From Selaginella moellendorffii (taxonomy: Eukaryota; Plantae; Lycopodiophyta), in the NCBI RefSeq assembly GCF_000143415.4, contig NW_003314264.1, forward strand, positions 3,109,710-3,173,709: 64,000 nt of DNA, given 5' to 3'. Shown here piece after piece: positions 48,100 to 60,800 of this stretch. The translations under genes and the position numbers were made by a program. The notes under the pieces were generated by a model. That model had not been told where the DNA came from and searched no databases. It saw nothing but the letters and a program-made list of their open reading frames with translations. Position 1 is the first letter of the stretch; every line of letters begins with the position of its first letter.

Positions 48100-48420
48100 T
48101 TCAGCAAGTTGTCCGATGAATGACTTGTTTGTCTTTGCAAATCCCACCAGGCCTGATGTATTGATAATTCCCAGCCATGTCGTGCTTTCTCGACCACATC
48201 CAAGTGACATTCTAAGACTTTTATTGCCTCTAGTTTTACGTGGAGTTTTCATGGTTACAACATCTCACTGGCTGAGGAGTATTTGGGGCTGTATAAGCAA
48301 GTTGTGGATGAAGATCCGCAAGCGTTTGTGGAGAAATCAGGGATCTCGAGCAGAAAGGAGAGGTGCAAGGAATTCTAGTGTATGATGTGGATGATACCGG
48401 TGAAGAGCGGGGTTGTGCTG
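48100..48420 (-). pseudogene. Second aspartic protease, 5' half
   Basis: MSLGCGRESTTWLGIINTSGLVGFAKTNKSFIGQLAE. Confidence 0.78.
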
Positions 48421-48765
48421 CATGGGAGGAGTTCCCAAATTGAGATTCATGGCGCCGTTATCTACATAGAAACTCGTCTCAAGGCCTTCCGTCTCCTCCT
48501 CTCAAAAACTCGGTGGAGTTGGCTGGAGTTCGTCTTCGCTCGAGATCTTCTATATCTGCTTGATTTAATTGGTAACACACAAACATGGCAACTTAATTTA
48601 GTTTTACAAATATTATTTCTTTTTATTCCATGCTTAGAAACTTTATACAAACGGAAATCTGTTGCAAGAAGAGCAACTACAACAACACAAGTACTAGGTA
48701 GAGATGGACAGCTGCTTCTAGAATACTACTCATGTCGCAGCTCCATCGTATCTAGATAGTAGCTT

Positions 48766-49192
48766 TCACTTGTGGCAGCTGCAATCGTTGCAGGAGCAGT
48801 TTGGCCCACACTTGCATCCATTCTCCTCTCGCGACATGACAGATTCCCCAGAGATTCCAGACGAGGCGGAGACAATGCTGCTCAAGCTGTGTCACACGAC
48901 CTCGTGATTAGCCAAACCAGCCGCCAAAGATTTCCCAAATTTGAAATTCGAAAAAAAGTGCACGAACCTCATGTCTCCAGCAGCCTCTCGCATGAGCAGA
49001 GTGCTCTCATCAAAGGAGCGGCCGCACCTAGGACATCACAAGCCAAGGATGTGAGAACCCGCGAATTCACAAAGAGGGCTTTCACAGGCCCGGCGAAATC
49101 AAAGCTCCGGGGCGCTCGAAAACTCACTTGCAGCCGCTGCCGCAGGAGCAGTTCGACCCGCAGTTGCAGTTGGCACTTCCGCAGCTAGACAT
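48766..49192 (-). CDS. Metallothionein, type 1/2-like, 81 aa, 3 exons (49192-49128, 49027-48968, 48886-48766)
   Basis: Spliced MSSCGSANCNCGSNCSCGSGCKCGRSFDESTLLMREAAGDMSLSSIVSASSGISGESVMSREENGCKCGPNCSCNDCSCHK*; in-phase GT-AG introns. Confidence 0.92.
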
Positions 49193-49364
49193 TTTCGAGC
49201 GATCGAAGCGAAGAAGAAAAACTAGCGAGAGAAGAAAGCAGCTAAGCTATACACCAAAAATACTCTAACTTCCCGTGCGTTTTATTGGCTGATCGACCGG
49301 CTGTAGCCGGTAGACACGACGCCCTGTACCGTGGAACCCACCGGCTACAGGCAGTCGTTCAACC

Positions 49365-49500
49365 TTATGGCACGTAAAGTTGCCCCTCACCGCCACGTGC
49401 ACGTCGCGACGAGGGGTAAAAACCAAGGAGCACGGCACCTCGGGACCACGTGGCAAGCTTCCATTGCTTACAACTCTACGGTGCACGACAAAGTGGCACC
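49365..49500. promoter_or_regulatory. G-box/ABRE cluster upstream of metallothionein
   Basis: GCCACGTG (49392), ACCACGTGGC (49445), GGCACGTA, GCACGTCG within about 130 nt. Confidence 0.55.
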
Positions 49501-49870
49501 AATAATGCCAACAAGTGGAATTTTCTGTGACGGAATCAGTTTTGATGATGCCAAATAAGCGGCCACATTTTGTTTTGACTCGGATATTCCGTGATATTTT
49601 TTGGTTTTCCCAATGTTGACCTTCTTGTACTACAATACTTGTACTGCAGCAAACGTAATAGATGATACCTTTGGCTGAAGCGTCACTCGAAGAGGTAAGC
49701 AGCACCACCAAGTTAGCTAGCTCTAATATCCCGGAGATTTCACAATCAACGTCTAGGTTGGCTCGACCGAATCAAACCAACCCAACAAAAATGAAGTCAT
49801 TCTTATAGCTTTGTCCCCACCAGATCCGTCTTATAGATAACACAAACGACCTTGCCTTTTAGGGTTCTTC

Positions 49871-51118
49871 ATGGCGACGGCGCTTCCCCGCTTCTACTGC
49901 GACAGCCTGCCCACTTCAAAGGTATAAAAACGGACCCTCTCCTTTGTCTCGATTCGGTCGATTATAGGATAGAATGTCGCTGCGCTACAGGGCACGGCTG
50001 TGGAGATTGATGGGCAAGAGTTTTGGCACATGACAAAGGCCTTGCGGCTTGGACAAGATCAAAGGTTTACTTTGTTTGTTGGTGTCTCCGGAAGAAAGAA
50101 TTTCTTACAACTTTGGACTTACAGGGTCGAGCTGTTTAACGGGCGGGGCGGCATTGTCACCGCGGCTGTCTCGGCTGTTAGAAGGTCCAATGTGGAGCTT
50201 GTGGCCGTGGAGGATCTTTGCACGCTTCCACCACCAGTCGACAGCGAGAATTGGCATCTAGTGGCTGCTTTCGGTATGCTACCAAATCGCAAAACATTGT
50301 AGCCATCTAGCCGGCGATTTCATGAATCCTTGCTTTTTCTTTCCAGCCGATTTGAAAGGTGGACGAGCCGACTGGATGGTCGAGAAATGCACGGTGTGGC
50401 TTGGAAGAAAAGTAAACTCCTAGCTTGTGTTCTTATAGTGTCTTTTTCGCTTTGGTCCCAGGAGCTAGGAGCGAGAACCTTGACTCCACTCGCAACCGAG
50501 AGGTCCACCGGAGTTTGTAGCAACAGGAGCACTAGATGGAAACGGGTTGTCCTCGCTGCTACCAAGCAATGTTGGTCACTTTTGTAAGATTGTAGCCTTA
50601 TTCTTTTCTTTCTAAATTGATGTTTCCTGCTTTGCAGGTCAAAGGCTACACTCTATGGAGCTGCGAGAGTCTCTTAACATCAGCTCACTCAAATCACAGG
50701 TGCTAAAAAACAATTAAGACAGTGCTAAGAAACTAGCTATGACTGAATCCGCAACTTGAAGGTTTCTGGATCATCCCACGTTTCTTTGCTAGCCACAGCA
50801 GGCGCCACGGAAATTGTCGAAGTTTTCAACGATTCAAGCAAAGATATCAGAGGAGGAACTCTCATTGTTGGACCAGAAGGAGGTAAAAGCTTGTCCAAAT
50901 TTCCTCGAAAGCTTTTGATGATTTTTTCTTCCAACTTTTTTGTTCTGTTGATAGATTTCACAGAAGAGGAAAAGTATGATCTTGTAGCAGCCGGTGCCAT
51001 GCCTGTTGGTCTGGGCCATCGGAGGCTACGAGTCGAGACCGCGGCCATCGCCATGCTTGCAACAGTGATGATGGTGTCCGAGGCAAAAGCTACAAGAAGA
51101 AAAGCAAAAGCCCTGTGA
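49871..51118 (+). CDS. rsmE: RsmE-family 16S rRNA m3U1498 methyltransferase, multi-exon
   Basis: LPRFY, EFWHMTKALRL, RADWMVEKCTELGA, IVGPEG, PVGLGHRRLRVETAAIA. Confidence 0.88.
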
Positions 51119-51173
51119 GAATCTAGTGCAAAGTTGCTCTCTTTTTTTGTCTAGGGCTTTGATTGATGCTACC

Positions 51174-51707
51174 ATGGCCAAGCTTGGACTTCGCTCCATC
51201 TTCATGCTCATGGCGATAATCCTCCTGGCAGTGGGTCTGTACCAGAGGCTTTGGGTCGTGCAAATGGACCTCAACCACGAGCGCCACAACAGGTATCTGT
51301 CTGATCGATTGCTACATTCTTCCTTTTTTCTCTTTTGCCTGGATCCAGACAGATCTACCAAAAACTTTACAATGAAGCGCTAGACGAGGTCGCCGAGTGG
51401 AGGAAGAAGCTCGACGTGGAGCTCGAGAGTAGCGAGAAACACCAACAAAGGTTGCAACAAGTTAAGCTCTCTCTTTCTCTCCATGCCTCAATGAGAGGGT
51501 TCTTAACCAGCGCGATTCCTTCCAGATGACTGACTTGATGCGCGAGAGGGAGCGCACGATTCAGCTGCTTCTCCAGGAAAAGCTCAAGCTCGATCAGGTA
51601 TGCAAGTCTATTTCCTCGCTCCAAGTTGCTAAACGTGGTCTCGTCTCCAGGAGATCAAACGCCTAAACAAGAGCCAGGAGCTTCCAGTGAAACAAAGTCA
51701 AATGTAG
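51174..51707 (+). CDS. Small N-terminally anchored coiled-coil protein of unknown function, 4 exons
   Basis: MAKLGLRSIFMLMAIILLAVGLYQRLW, YNEALDEVAEWRKKLD, heptad-rich; in-phase introns; TAG at 51705. Confidence 0.72.
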
Positions 51708-51796
51708 TCAACCATTTTCAAAGAATCGTAACTAGAGGTGGCGTTCTTCTCTTTCTTCTTCGTGGTCGCTAGGGCTTTCTCCTCGGGCCCCAGCTA

Positions 51797-53990
51797 TGGC
51801 GATCGCCGCGGCGGAATAACGCGCTCACGGCTCGCGAGCGGCCTCGCGGCGGAATAACGCGCTCACGGCTCGCGAGCGGCCTCGCGGCGCACGCGAATCT
51901 CCGCGAGAGGAGTTTTATCTCGCGGAGAGTCATGTTCTCGGCATTCGCCCACAGCGGGCATTTGCGAGAGGCATTGCAGCTCTTCTACAGACTGGATCTT
52001 CTCACTTTCACCATGGCATTCGGTGCGTGCTCGCGCGTTGGAAGCTTGTTAGAGGCCCGGGATTTGTACGCGAGATTTGCCGTGGCATCTGCGCGCTCGC
52101 AACGCTTTGATTTACATGTTTGCGGAGTGTGGGAGCCTGGACAAGGCCCGGGGGCGTTTTCGATGGGATGGATCACAGGAACTCTGTGAACACCATCTTC
52201 ACGGCCTATGGAAACGATGAGGTACTTCGCCTTCTTCGAGAATTTGACTTGAGTGGATTTGTAGCAGACTCCGGTCACCTATCTCGCGATCATCAAAGGC
52301 TGCTCCAGCTTGAAACGAGGCAAGGAGATCCATGCTCTGTGATTTAACTCCGGGAGCTTGCGAGATGCCAGAGAGATGTTCGACTCTCTCGTCGCTTTCA
52401 ACGCCATGATCGCGCGCGGGTGATTTTTAGCGGCGTGCGGCGGAACTATATCCTGGACAACTCTCCTCAACATGTACGCTCGGTGCGGCAGCCTCCACGA
52501 CGCGAATAAGGTACGCTGCTTACGTAATGGTGGCTGTTTACGCTCTCCATGGCCGCCACCGCAAGGCTATTGTTTGTGGTAGTTCAGGGTCCCAAACCTC
52601 TCTAACATATGTGAGAACAATGATCACCTTCATGTGGCAATATTGTTTACGGGCATCCTATCAAAAAATATTAGCTTGCTTGAGATCACTATGGAATGAG
52701 TAATTGGCTACTTGAATATGTCCTGTTGTCTTGGGTTTATAGGGATTATTTTGTACTTAAGGTACTTGACCTTAACTAGCAAGTGGAGATCATCATTGTC
52801 ATTTTTGTGTTATGGACGGCCGAATACCATGACTAGGTTCACAAATAAAGCAATAGCACAGCAAAAGGTCATGAGCAAGTCTAGCTAGCATTGGGAGCCT
52901 TGATGAGTTGTGAAAACAGGAAAAATCATCTGCATATAGGAGGAGGTACAAGTAGAGATCAGCCATGAAAATGTTGGAAAGATCTCCGTCATGAAAGAGT
53001 GTTTCTAATATCAATATAGGGGATAAGGGACACCTGCTTCACACCTATTGTGTATTTTGCTTTTTACAAGTTTTGCATAAAAGGCAAGTTGACCTTCTAT
53101 GCATTCTGTGAGAATTGTTGCATAGAGTTGCTTAATGGCCTATATCAGCTCTGGTGGAGTCCATCTCAGTGTTCTACACCATGGACGCATGGACGTGGAG
53201 CCGAACTCGGTGACTTTCACCAACACCATTGCTGCTTAGCTCGATGCTGGAGAACTCGGAAGCTCCACTCACGGATACAGTCCCGTCGCATCAAGCTAGC
53301 TCGCGGCCGAGAACTCTCTACTGAAGATGTACGCAAGCTGCGGAAGCCCGAGAGCTCCTTCGAGCTGATAAGCAGGAAGGACGCATCGTCCTAGAACGCT
53401 TTGATAGTGCCTTACATCCAGCAAAACGGGTGCTGCGGCGCCCTTGCTCTCGCGAAGAGACCTCGAAGGCATCAAGCTGAACTCCGTCACCTTCGTTTAC
53501 TTGATCACGGCCATCGCTGCTGCCGGCAGCTCCGGGTGTACGGCCAGGCGAATCCACTCACGGGTTCTCGAGCGCTCCTGGCAGCCGGAGGCCATGGTGG
53601 TGATAGCAACGCCTTGATCAACATGTATGCCAGTCTAGACCGCGCCGCCAGAGTGTTCGAGGAGATGCCGGTGAAGAACGACACGTCCTGGACGGCGCCC
53701 AAGCTCTCGAGCTCTACCATGAATGGAGCTCCACGGCGAGGGACCATGCGATATAACACTTAGTGTGGTCCTGCTCGCTTGCAATCACTCGGGTCTCCAG
53801 GAAGAAGCGTGGTATCACTTTACTTACACGTCGCGAGACTATGGAATGGAGCTGAAGAGAGTCCACTACCATTGCATGCTCGGTGTCTTTGCGCGGCAGG
53901 ATATCTTGGAGGAGGCGTGCCATTTGCTAACAACGATGCCCTGCGAGGGTGTGCTTTCATGACCCATGGCGTTGGAACCATGCCGTCATA
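51797..53990 (+). pseudogene. PLS-class PPR pseudogene fragments with ~570-nt AT-rich interruption (~52571-53140)
   Basis: MFSAFAHSGHLREALQLF, LLNMYARCGSLHDA, NALINMYASLDRAARVFEEMP, VLLACNHSG, HYHCMLGVFAR; 38-bp tandem duplication at 51807-51882. Confidence 0.78.
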
Positions 53991-54189
53991 GCCTAAACAT
54001 GAATGTAAAAATTATCTATGAATCAAAGATCAAATTCGAAGATTAAGTTTGCACATTTTATATTTCTAGAAACCTTTTATGTTAGTAAAATATATCATTT
54101 TAACATCAATCATGGCATCGTAAAGAAATATAAGAGCTTGGCATCAATACTTTTTCTATATATTTAAATGAATTTTACAACACATTATT

Positions 54190-54790
54190 CACATCTTTTG
54201 CGTGGAGAACGAAAACACACAATCAAGCTCTTCTACCTGGTTCTTCAATGGAGTTCATCATCTATATATTCACTTCAGTATCAACAGAGGTTCCTGCGTG
54301 TGTGTACACGATTAGAATCCATGAAACTTCCTTTGAAACTTCGGCTGCCTTTGCAGCTTTCTTGCCAAGTTTGCGCTCCGTTTCTCTGTACAACTCATCT
54401 TCACACTGCTAATGGTTTTGTCCATCTTCAGGAGGTTCACCTCGATTCAGGATATCTTGTGGTTGTAGTTTCTTGTCTAAAGAACACACCTAGATTAACA
54501 AACTCAGAACGAAAAAGAAGTTCGCAATATACCTTATCAAGACCAGACCGACCTTCAGCCTTTAGAACATCAAAACTGACAATAGCTTAACCTCCGCATA
54601 AGACTTCAATCCGTTAGAATTAGAAACAATTAAAATGTTCATGCAACACTTCCTTCATCTTTGTTTGCAGACCAACCAAGGTTGCTGTAACATGCTTACC
54701 TCATCACACTTCTTTAGACAAGGAATTGAGGTCTTTTTCTTTTCCCCCAGTCAATCCGGCTTCTTCCTCCTCGGACTCTGTGTAGAATGC
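54190..54790 (-). pseudogene. Collapsed partial duplicate of SAS10
   Basis: Colinear short blocks matching ~55210-57210 including intron sequence. Confidence 0.85.
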
Positions 54791-54794
54791 CAGT

Positions 54795-55040
54795 TTTTTG
54801 CATGGCGGCCTCGGCCACGGCGCCCGAGCTCTCGAGCTCTACCATGGACCACGGTAACTCTTCCCTTGTGCTCCTGCTCGCTTGCAACCGCTCGGTGTCG
54901 TGGTATCACATCACTGCGAGACTACGCCGTGGAGCTGGAGAGAGTCCACTACCATTGCATGCTCGGCGTCCTTGCGCGACAGGGCCTCTTGGATGACCCA
55001 TGGCGATCACAAGCTTGGAACTCTGGCCGTCGAGCGCTTA
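54795..55040 (+). pseudogene. PPR 3' fragment, duplicate of ~53690-53980
   Basis: LLACNRS, RDYAVELERVHYHCMLGVLARQG. Confidence 0.75.
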
Positions 55041-55085
55041 AGCACGAATGTGACAACCACTTTATTTCAAGTTCGGAAATTTGTG

Positions 55086-57736
55086 CTAGCCAAATCTAAT
55101 ACTTCTGCTCAAGTTTGTCCGGATGCCGGTAGGCTCTCCACCGTAAGGGCCTTTTCCCTCTCTAATTGCACGCACTTGACCCTTTCGCCTGGTCACTGCT
55201 TTCCCATGCTTCATCTGAGGAGAGAAGAAAAGAGTTGTCAAACAGATAACACAATTAAGTTCTTCTACCTTGTACTTCTTCCGAGGGTTCTTCGACAGTT
55301 TCTTACGATATGGAGTTAGCCCTCGGTTTTTCACCATCTGTATATTATCTTCAGTACACACGGACAAACAGACAGCACGTCATTTACCTCTTCGGTGATA
55401 AGCCGTTTACCGGTGTAAGTTTCCTCTTCCGCCTTGACAACCGGGTTCCTGCGCGTGCACGAATTAGAATCCATGAATCTAACCCCAAACTTACTTTGAA
55501 ACTTCGGCTGCCTTTGCAGCTTTCTTGGCAAGTTTGCGCTCCTTCGTTTCTTTATAGAACTCATCTTCGAACTGCTTATGGTCTTCCTCATTTTGTCCAT
55601 CTTCAGGAGGTTCACTTCGATTCAAGATGTGCTGTTCTCGCTTTCGCCTCCTTTCCCCAAGATCTTCTTTCACGGGTAAGTCGACATCACCTGAATTTAT
55701 CTGAAAAAAACAAGTAAAAACACAGTAAACGTGAAGGTAAGCTTACTTTTGGTTTCTTTTGACGTTTTCCAGCTTCAGCAATGACTTGTAGCATTTTCTT
55801 TGGCTGCAAATCGGCATTCGTACCATAATCATCTCCCAAGTCATCGAGCAAGCCCCCGTGCCTGCCAGCATGTTATTTATCGAATACTCCCTTGTATTCT
55901 TTGAATCATTTACCGTTTCTTCGACTTCTTTGACTTTGAGTCTGGTATTCGGGCAGGCTCAAGAAGACTGTCCCGTTTGGCCTTCTCTTCTAGCCTTTTC
56001 ATTTCCCTGAGCATGCTTTTACTTTCCTCTCCGATCAGCTGACCTGACTGCACCCGTATGTTAGCTAGTTCATGCTTTATATCAAAACTAGTTGTCCAAA
56101 CCTTATCTGAAGCAGAGGTGCTAGTAACTGGCTGCTGCTTCTCCAAAATTGGAATCTCGCCAATAGGAATACTATTTAAGTCCTGCATAACAATCACAGT
56201 TTCCTAGTGAGAACAAAAGAACACAATCCATACCTTCTCAATATGCTTGGGGGCATTTAACAGATCCGGATCTATTGACACGAACCTGTCAACTTGTGGT
56301 TGTAGTTTCTTGTCTAAAGAATGTACCTGCAGGTTGCCAAGATAAAAAAAACTCAGAAGGAAATTAAGTTCGCAATATACCTTCTCAAGCAGCATACGTA
56401 TCTCCACAAGCCTTGCAATGACTGGATGGTCACATACAGACCGACCTTCAGCCTTTAGGAGAAGATAGAAAACGATTGATTGACAGTAGCTTAATAGAAG
56501 CATGTGCTTGAGCTCCGCGTAAGACTTCAACTCCTTCGCAACTTTCCCGATTTCAATCTGTTAACAGTGCATTAGAAACAGTTAAAATGTTGCTTTACAA
56601 CCTTCTTCAGAAGCGGTTGTACTTTGTGCTCTAGTTCATACAACGCTTCCTTCAATTCTGCTTGCAAACCAACCAACTCTGGGGCGTTGCTGCAACACGT
56701 AACCAAAATAAAATTTTCCATTACAACAGTAGATGCTTACCTCATCACTACTCGCAATTTCTCGTCCTTAGACAAGGAATTGAGATCTTTTCTCACCTTC
56801 TCCATCTCAATCGGCACACTGTGTTCAACGTCTTCCTGTACGGATTAAGCATGTGAAATGGAACAAAAACGAAAAAAAAAAAATGTAGCTTCACCTCTAA
56901 TGTATCAGCTTCTCCGTCCAGGTTTTCCTCAGTATCCTGGTCAAAATCCTCCGGGCGAAGACTTTCAGCCAACTTTTTCTGTATTCGCCGGGCTTCTGCT
57001 TCCTCCAATGCAGGACCTTCTTCATCGCTAGATTGGATCTACAAGGAGGCGAGTTTTTACAACATATGATACTGGAGAACCACGAATACTTACTTCGTAG
57101 TCAATGTTATCAGCTGCATAATAATCCCTTTTTCTTTTCCCCCAGTCAAGTTTCTCTTTGTCGGCATCTTCCTCCTCTGACTCTTCATCGTCTTCATCGT
57201 GTAGAATGCCGGTCCTTTGCCTCAGGAACTTCGCTTGCCTCTCAACTACAAACATAAAAGGGTCTCAGTGAGAAGAAAGCAGAAAAAACCTTGGCAACAA
57301 GCATTACTTTTTGCAGCCATGTCATCGATCTCCTCTTCTGGAAGATCTTCATCGCTTTCCTCCTGCACAAAGATAAAAATTCATGTCACGAACGCAATAC
57401 ATCATACTTACTTCGTCCCCATCGTCTTCGCTTTCATTTTCTTCTAGATCCAAGACCGGATTCTCCAACTCTTCCTCCTCCGAGTCTGTTAGTAAAAGCT
57501 CAGACAAACTACGTCTGTAACAAGAACGACTCACCTGTTTCCTCCAGTGGTATTTTATCCCGATTGCTGTGAACTGAGGAGAAAAACTATGAAGGAAGAG
57601 ACAGGAAAGAAATGGAAAACATACACTTATCAATCTCATCGTCCATGCTCTCGTCGGAAGCATCTCGCACAACATTTTTTGGCTTAGTTTTCTCCTTGAT
57701 CAAAGCCTTCGACCTAGATTTCTTCAATCTTCCCAT
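55086..57736 (-). CDS. SAS10: SAS10/UTP3 small-subunit processome protein, multi-exon
   Basis: N-term MDDEID, WGKRKRDYYAAD, LLLSYCQSIVFYLLLKAEGRSVCDHPVIARLVEIR, C-term KNRGLTPYRKK..KNPRKKY..KH.KAVTRRKGQVR...YGGEPTGIRTNLSRSIRF. Confidence 0.9.
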
Positions 57737-57855
57737 CTCGGCCGCGTTTCCGCTGGGCGCTGCTCAAGATTCTAGAACTCCTTGCATCAGCGGCTCCTAA
57801 ACACCTCACATTTCTCACCTGCGATCGCGTAGCGCCTGCGCGTACCCACACGCAA

Positions 57856-57865
57856 AAACCCTAAA
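57856..57865. promoter_or_regulatory. Telobox upstream of SAS10
   Basis: AAACCCTAAA 120 nt upstream of a ribosome-biogenesis gene. Confidence 0.6.
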
Positions 57866-60800
57866 CCCCGCCTTAAGTAATGATAAATCAAGCAAGCAGT
57901 GATAGTCAGCAACACACAAACAAGCATGGAAGACAAAAAGGAGAAAGATCGCGCTTTTGTGCTTCCAGCGGACACAACACACAGAAACACGCGAGTCGGA
58001 TTGAAATGCTGGATTGCTGGCCAGCATCCGAGCACAAACAAAGATTTTTTGCTCCTCCGCAACAACACATTGTCTCAGTGTTCTTCTCTTTGCAGGTCTT
58101 TGCTTGCGGTACAAGGAACCGGCTTGAAGAGGAGGTTTTGTCTTGTTGGAGAGGAAAAGTACACACAACTAAACCACGTCCAGAGCAAAGCTCTCCAACC
58201 CAGCGCGCAGCGAATTCCACCAAAGTTGCCGAACGACAGCAAAGGAGGATAAGGACACCCCCTCTTTTAAGTGTCGGACATACCAATTGCCACTCATTGG
58301 AATCAAGCCGCCATGCTTTTCAGCAGCGCCACGAAAACGACCATCCACTTAATCTCATCTCGCCACTTTTGTGGCATTTGATCTCAGTGCTTGTTCTATA
58401 TATTGACATAAATTTCTTTTCCTGGAGGGAAGCTCTTTCATCCCAACAGCAGCAAAGGCGGGCGAGAAAGAGGAGGTAAGTCCATTCCTTTCCACTTCAC
58501 TCGCCACTCCACTCCATTCCCACGCCACTCCATCCCGGACGGCGACTTGCGACTAACTTCTTGTTATAAATTCTATCTTGTTGTCTTGCTGTGGTACGAG
58601 AGAGAAAATATTCCAATGGCAGCAGGGACCTGATCATAGGCAATGATATATGTTGGCTTCATATCATCGTCACCGGTCACTCAATCATGCAATCAATCAA
58701 TCAATCAATCGGCTGGTCCCCAGTTCGCTTCTCTCTTTCTCTCTCTCTTCCTGCCATCTCACAATACTTGCGTAGAAAAAAAAGTGTGGAAAAATACGTT
58801 TCCAACTGGAAGAATGGATGCATTTATCAATCTGCCTGGGGTAACAAGCTTTTTCCTGCGTTTGGCCCCATACACCCTCGTGGTCTCGATGGACTAGGCA
58901 CGCTACATTCCACCGATCTATCCGTGTCATACCAAAAGCAATTTGCTCTTGCAGGACAGCTTCTCTTTGAATGCCTTCCATGCCAACTATAGCTACACTG
59001 ACTCAAGCCCGCTCATCATAGATTTTTCTCTCTTTTCTTCTTTTCTTTCGGTGGCAACTACAGGGGCGTGACTTTAATCCCCCGGGAAAGTCAGCCCTTT
59101 CAAACCATTCGAAAAGAATATTAAATCTCAATAAAAAATCTCACACAACCACCATGGTCCCCAAGTTCTTCCCAGCTAAGTACTTCCGAGACGAACGAAA
59201 ATGACCAGCTCCGCTGCCAGATGATTGGCCTGGGATTTGGAATCGAATCCACCGACTCCGAAGAAGACGAACACGAAGAACACAAAGAGACGACGCGTGA
59301 TAAAAGCCATTTTAACTCCATCTTCGAAATGAATGCCACAAACACAAAAACACGAAACGAAAAGAAAAAAAGGAAGAAAGCAACAAAGAAACGAAGAAGC
59401 TCTCTTCTCCATAACTCCAGCTTGGATTTTCCAGCATTTCTTCTCACTATTGTACAGTCGAGCAACCTTATATGATTGGTGTAACGTTGCAATATAGGCA
59501 TGGCCTAAAGGCAATGTTAGATATGGCCGTGGGTCCGAGAAACGGTACGTCGCTCCCCACGCGAATCATCCTCCGCGCCCAAGCCTGGATATGGATTGAA
59601 ATGGATGGGCAAGCAGTGATCCAACTTCCACTTTTCCTTTTGCTCTTCAAGAACGAGGCCAAGCGGCTGAAACGCTATTCGTGATGGGCACGGATACGGT
59701 AGTTTTCACGTTTTGCGGCTCGATCGTCTTCTTAAGCTAACAAAGAGAAGGCCAACCGGGAAAAAGTGGAACTGATAGAATCTAGAGACGACACACACAC
59801 GTTCAGAAAGAAGGATCAACTTGTTCCATAAAGTATAAAGCAAAGGTGGCAGGGCAACGCAAGATTGCATGAATCTTTTCTCCTTTGCAAGGGTAAGTGG
59901 TACCGCCACCTTTTCCTTTAACGAATATACTAAGAGTTTTCCTGTATTTGTGTGTGTGTGAGTTTGTGGGGGCGCTGCTGCTGCTGCTGCGACCAGATCT
60001 TGATTTGATAATATATCCCAGATTCCACCACCACCTTGGAACCATGCAAAAGGCACCCCACGAAAAAAGCAAACTTGCAGAATCTTCCAATCAACCCAAC
60101 TCAGATGTCCCTCTGCTGCAAAATGCGAAAAAAGCAAAAGAAGCTGCCAGCCAAGAGGGGTGGCAACTTCTGCAAGAATCAAAAAAACCGCAAGCCATTG
60201 CAACACAAGGTGACAAAAGGGCACAAACTCGTACCTTGGGTCTCAACTTGTCCAATTGTCGCTGCCTGCCCCTTGGCATTCCGAGAGCCAAAATCATGAG
60301 ATCATCGTCACACTATACATGATCATCTTGCAAAGTTTTCCATCAAGCGTGTTTTCTTATGAGCTAATTTCCGTGTATCAAAGGTTTGTACACCACCTAT
60401 ACCAGAAAAGAGCACTTCACAAGTAACGAAGAAGAACTGGTCTGGCGAGGAATGATTTGGGAGCAGCAAGAAATCATGCTGGTATGTGTAGAATCGCCTC
60501 ATTTCACTAGTATTCATTGTTTACATTTTTTTTATTCTGCTTCTGCTGCTGCTGCTCCAGCAGTAAATCAGTTCTTTGCAGAAGCAACGATCGAACATCT
60601 CCCATCTTAACGCAACCATAAAGAGAAACGAGAAAATATCACGTCGTTTTTCTCGTTTGCCGTGTGCGTTTTGTATTTCTCTGTGTGTTGTGTTGTCAAC
60701 CTTCTCATGATCACATATCTTTTCCCCGCGAGAGGAAGAAACAGGAGAGAAATATCTGATCACGTATATATGATGCGGAGAAGTTAAGAGCTTCCGGATC

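Noticed and set aside
45281-48103. Helitron or Pack-MULE identity for the cargo insertion
   Set aside because: No clean TC...CTRR in an A/T site, no TIRs and no 8-10-bp TSD visible
52571-53140. Insert in PPR relic as a defined transposon
   Set aside because: Only a weak CTAT flank repeat; no terminal structure identified
59121-59684. Short overlapping ORFs as possible peptide genes
   Set aside because: Low complexity; no CLE, CEP, DVL or RALF motif recognised
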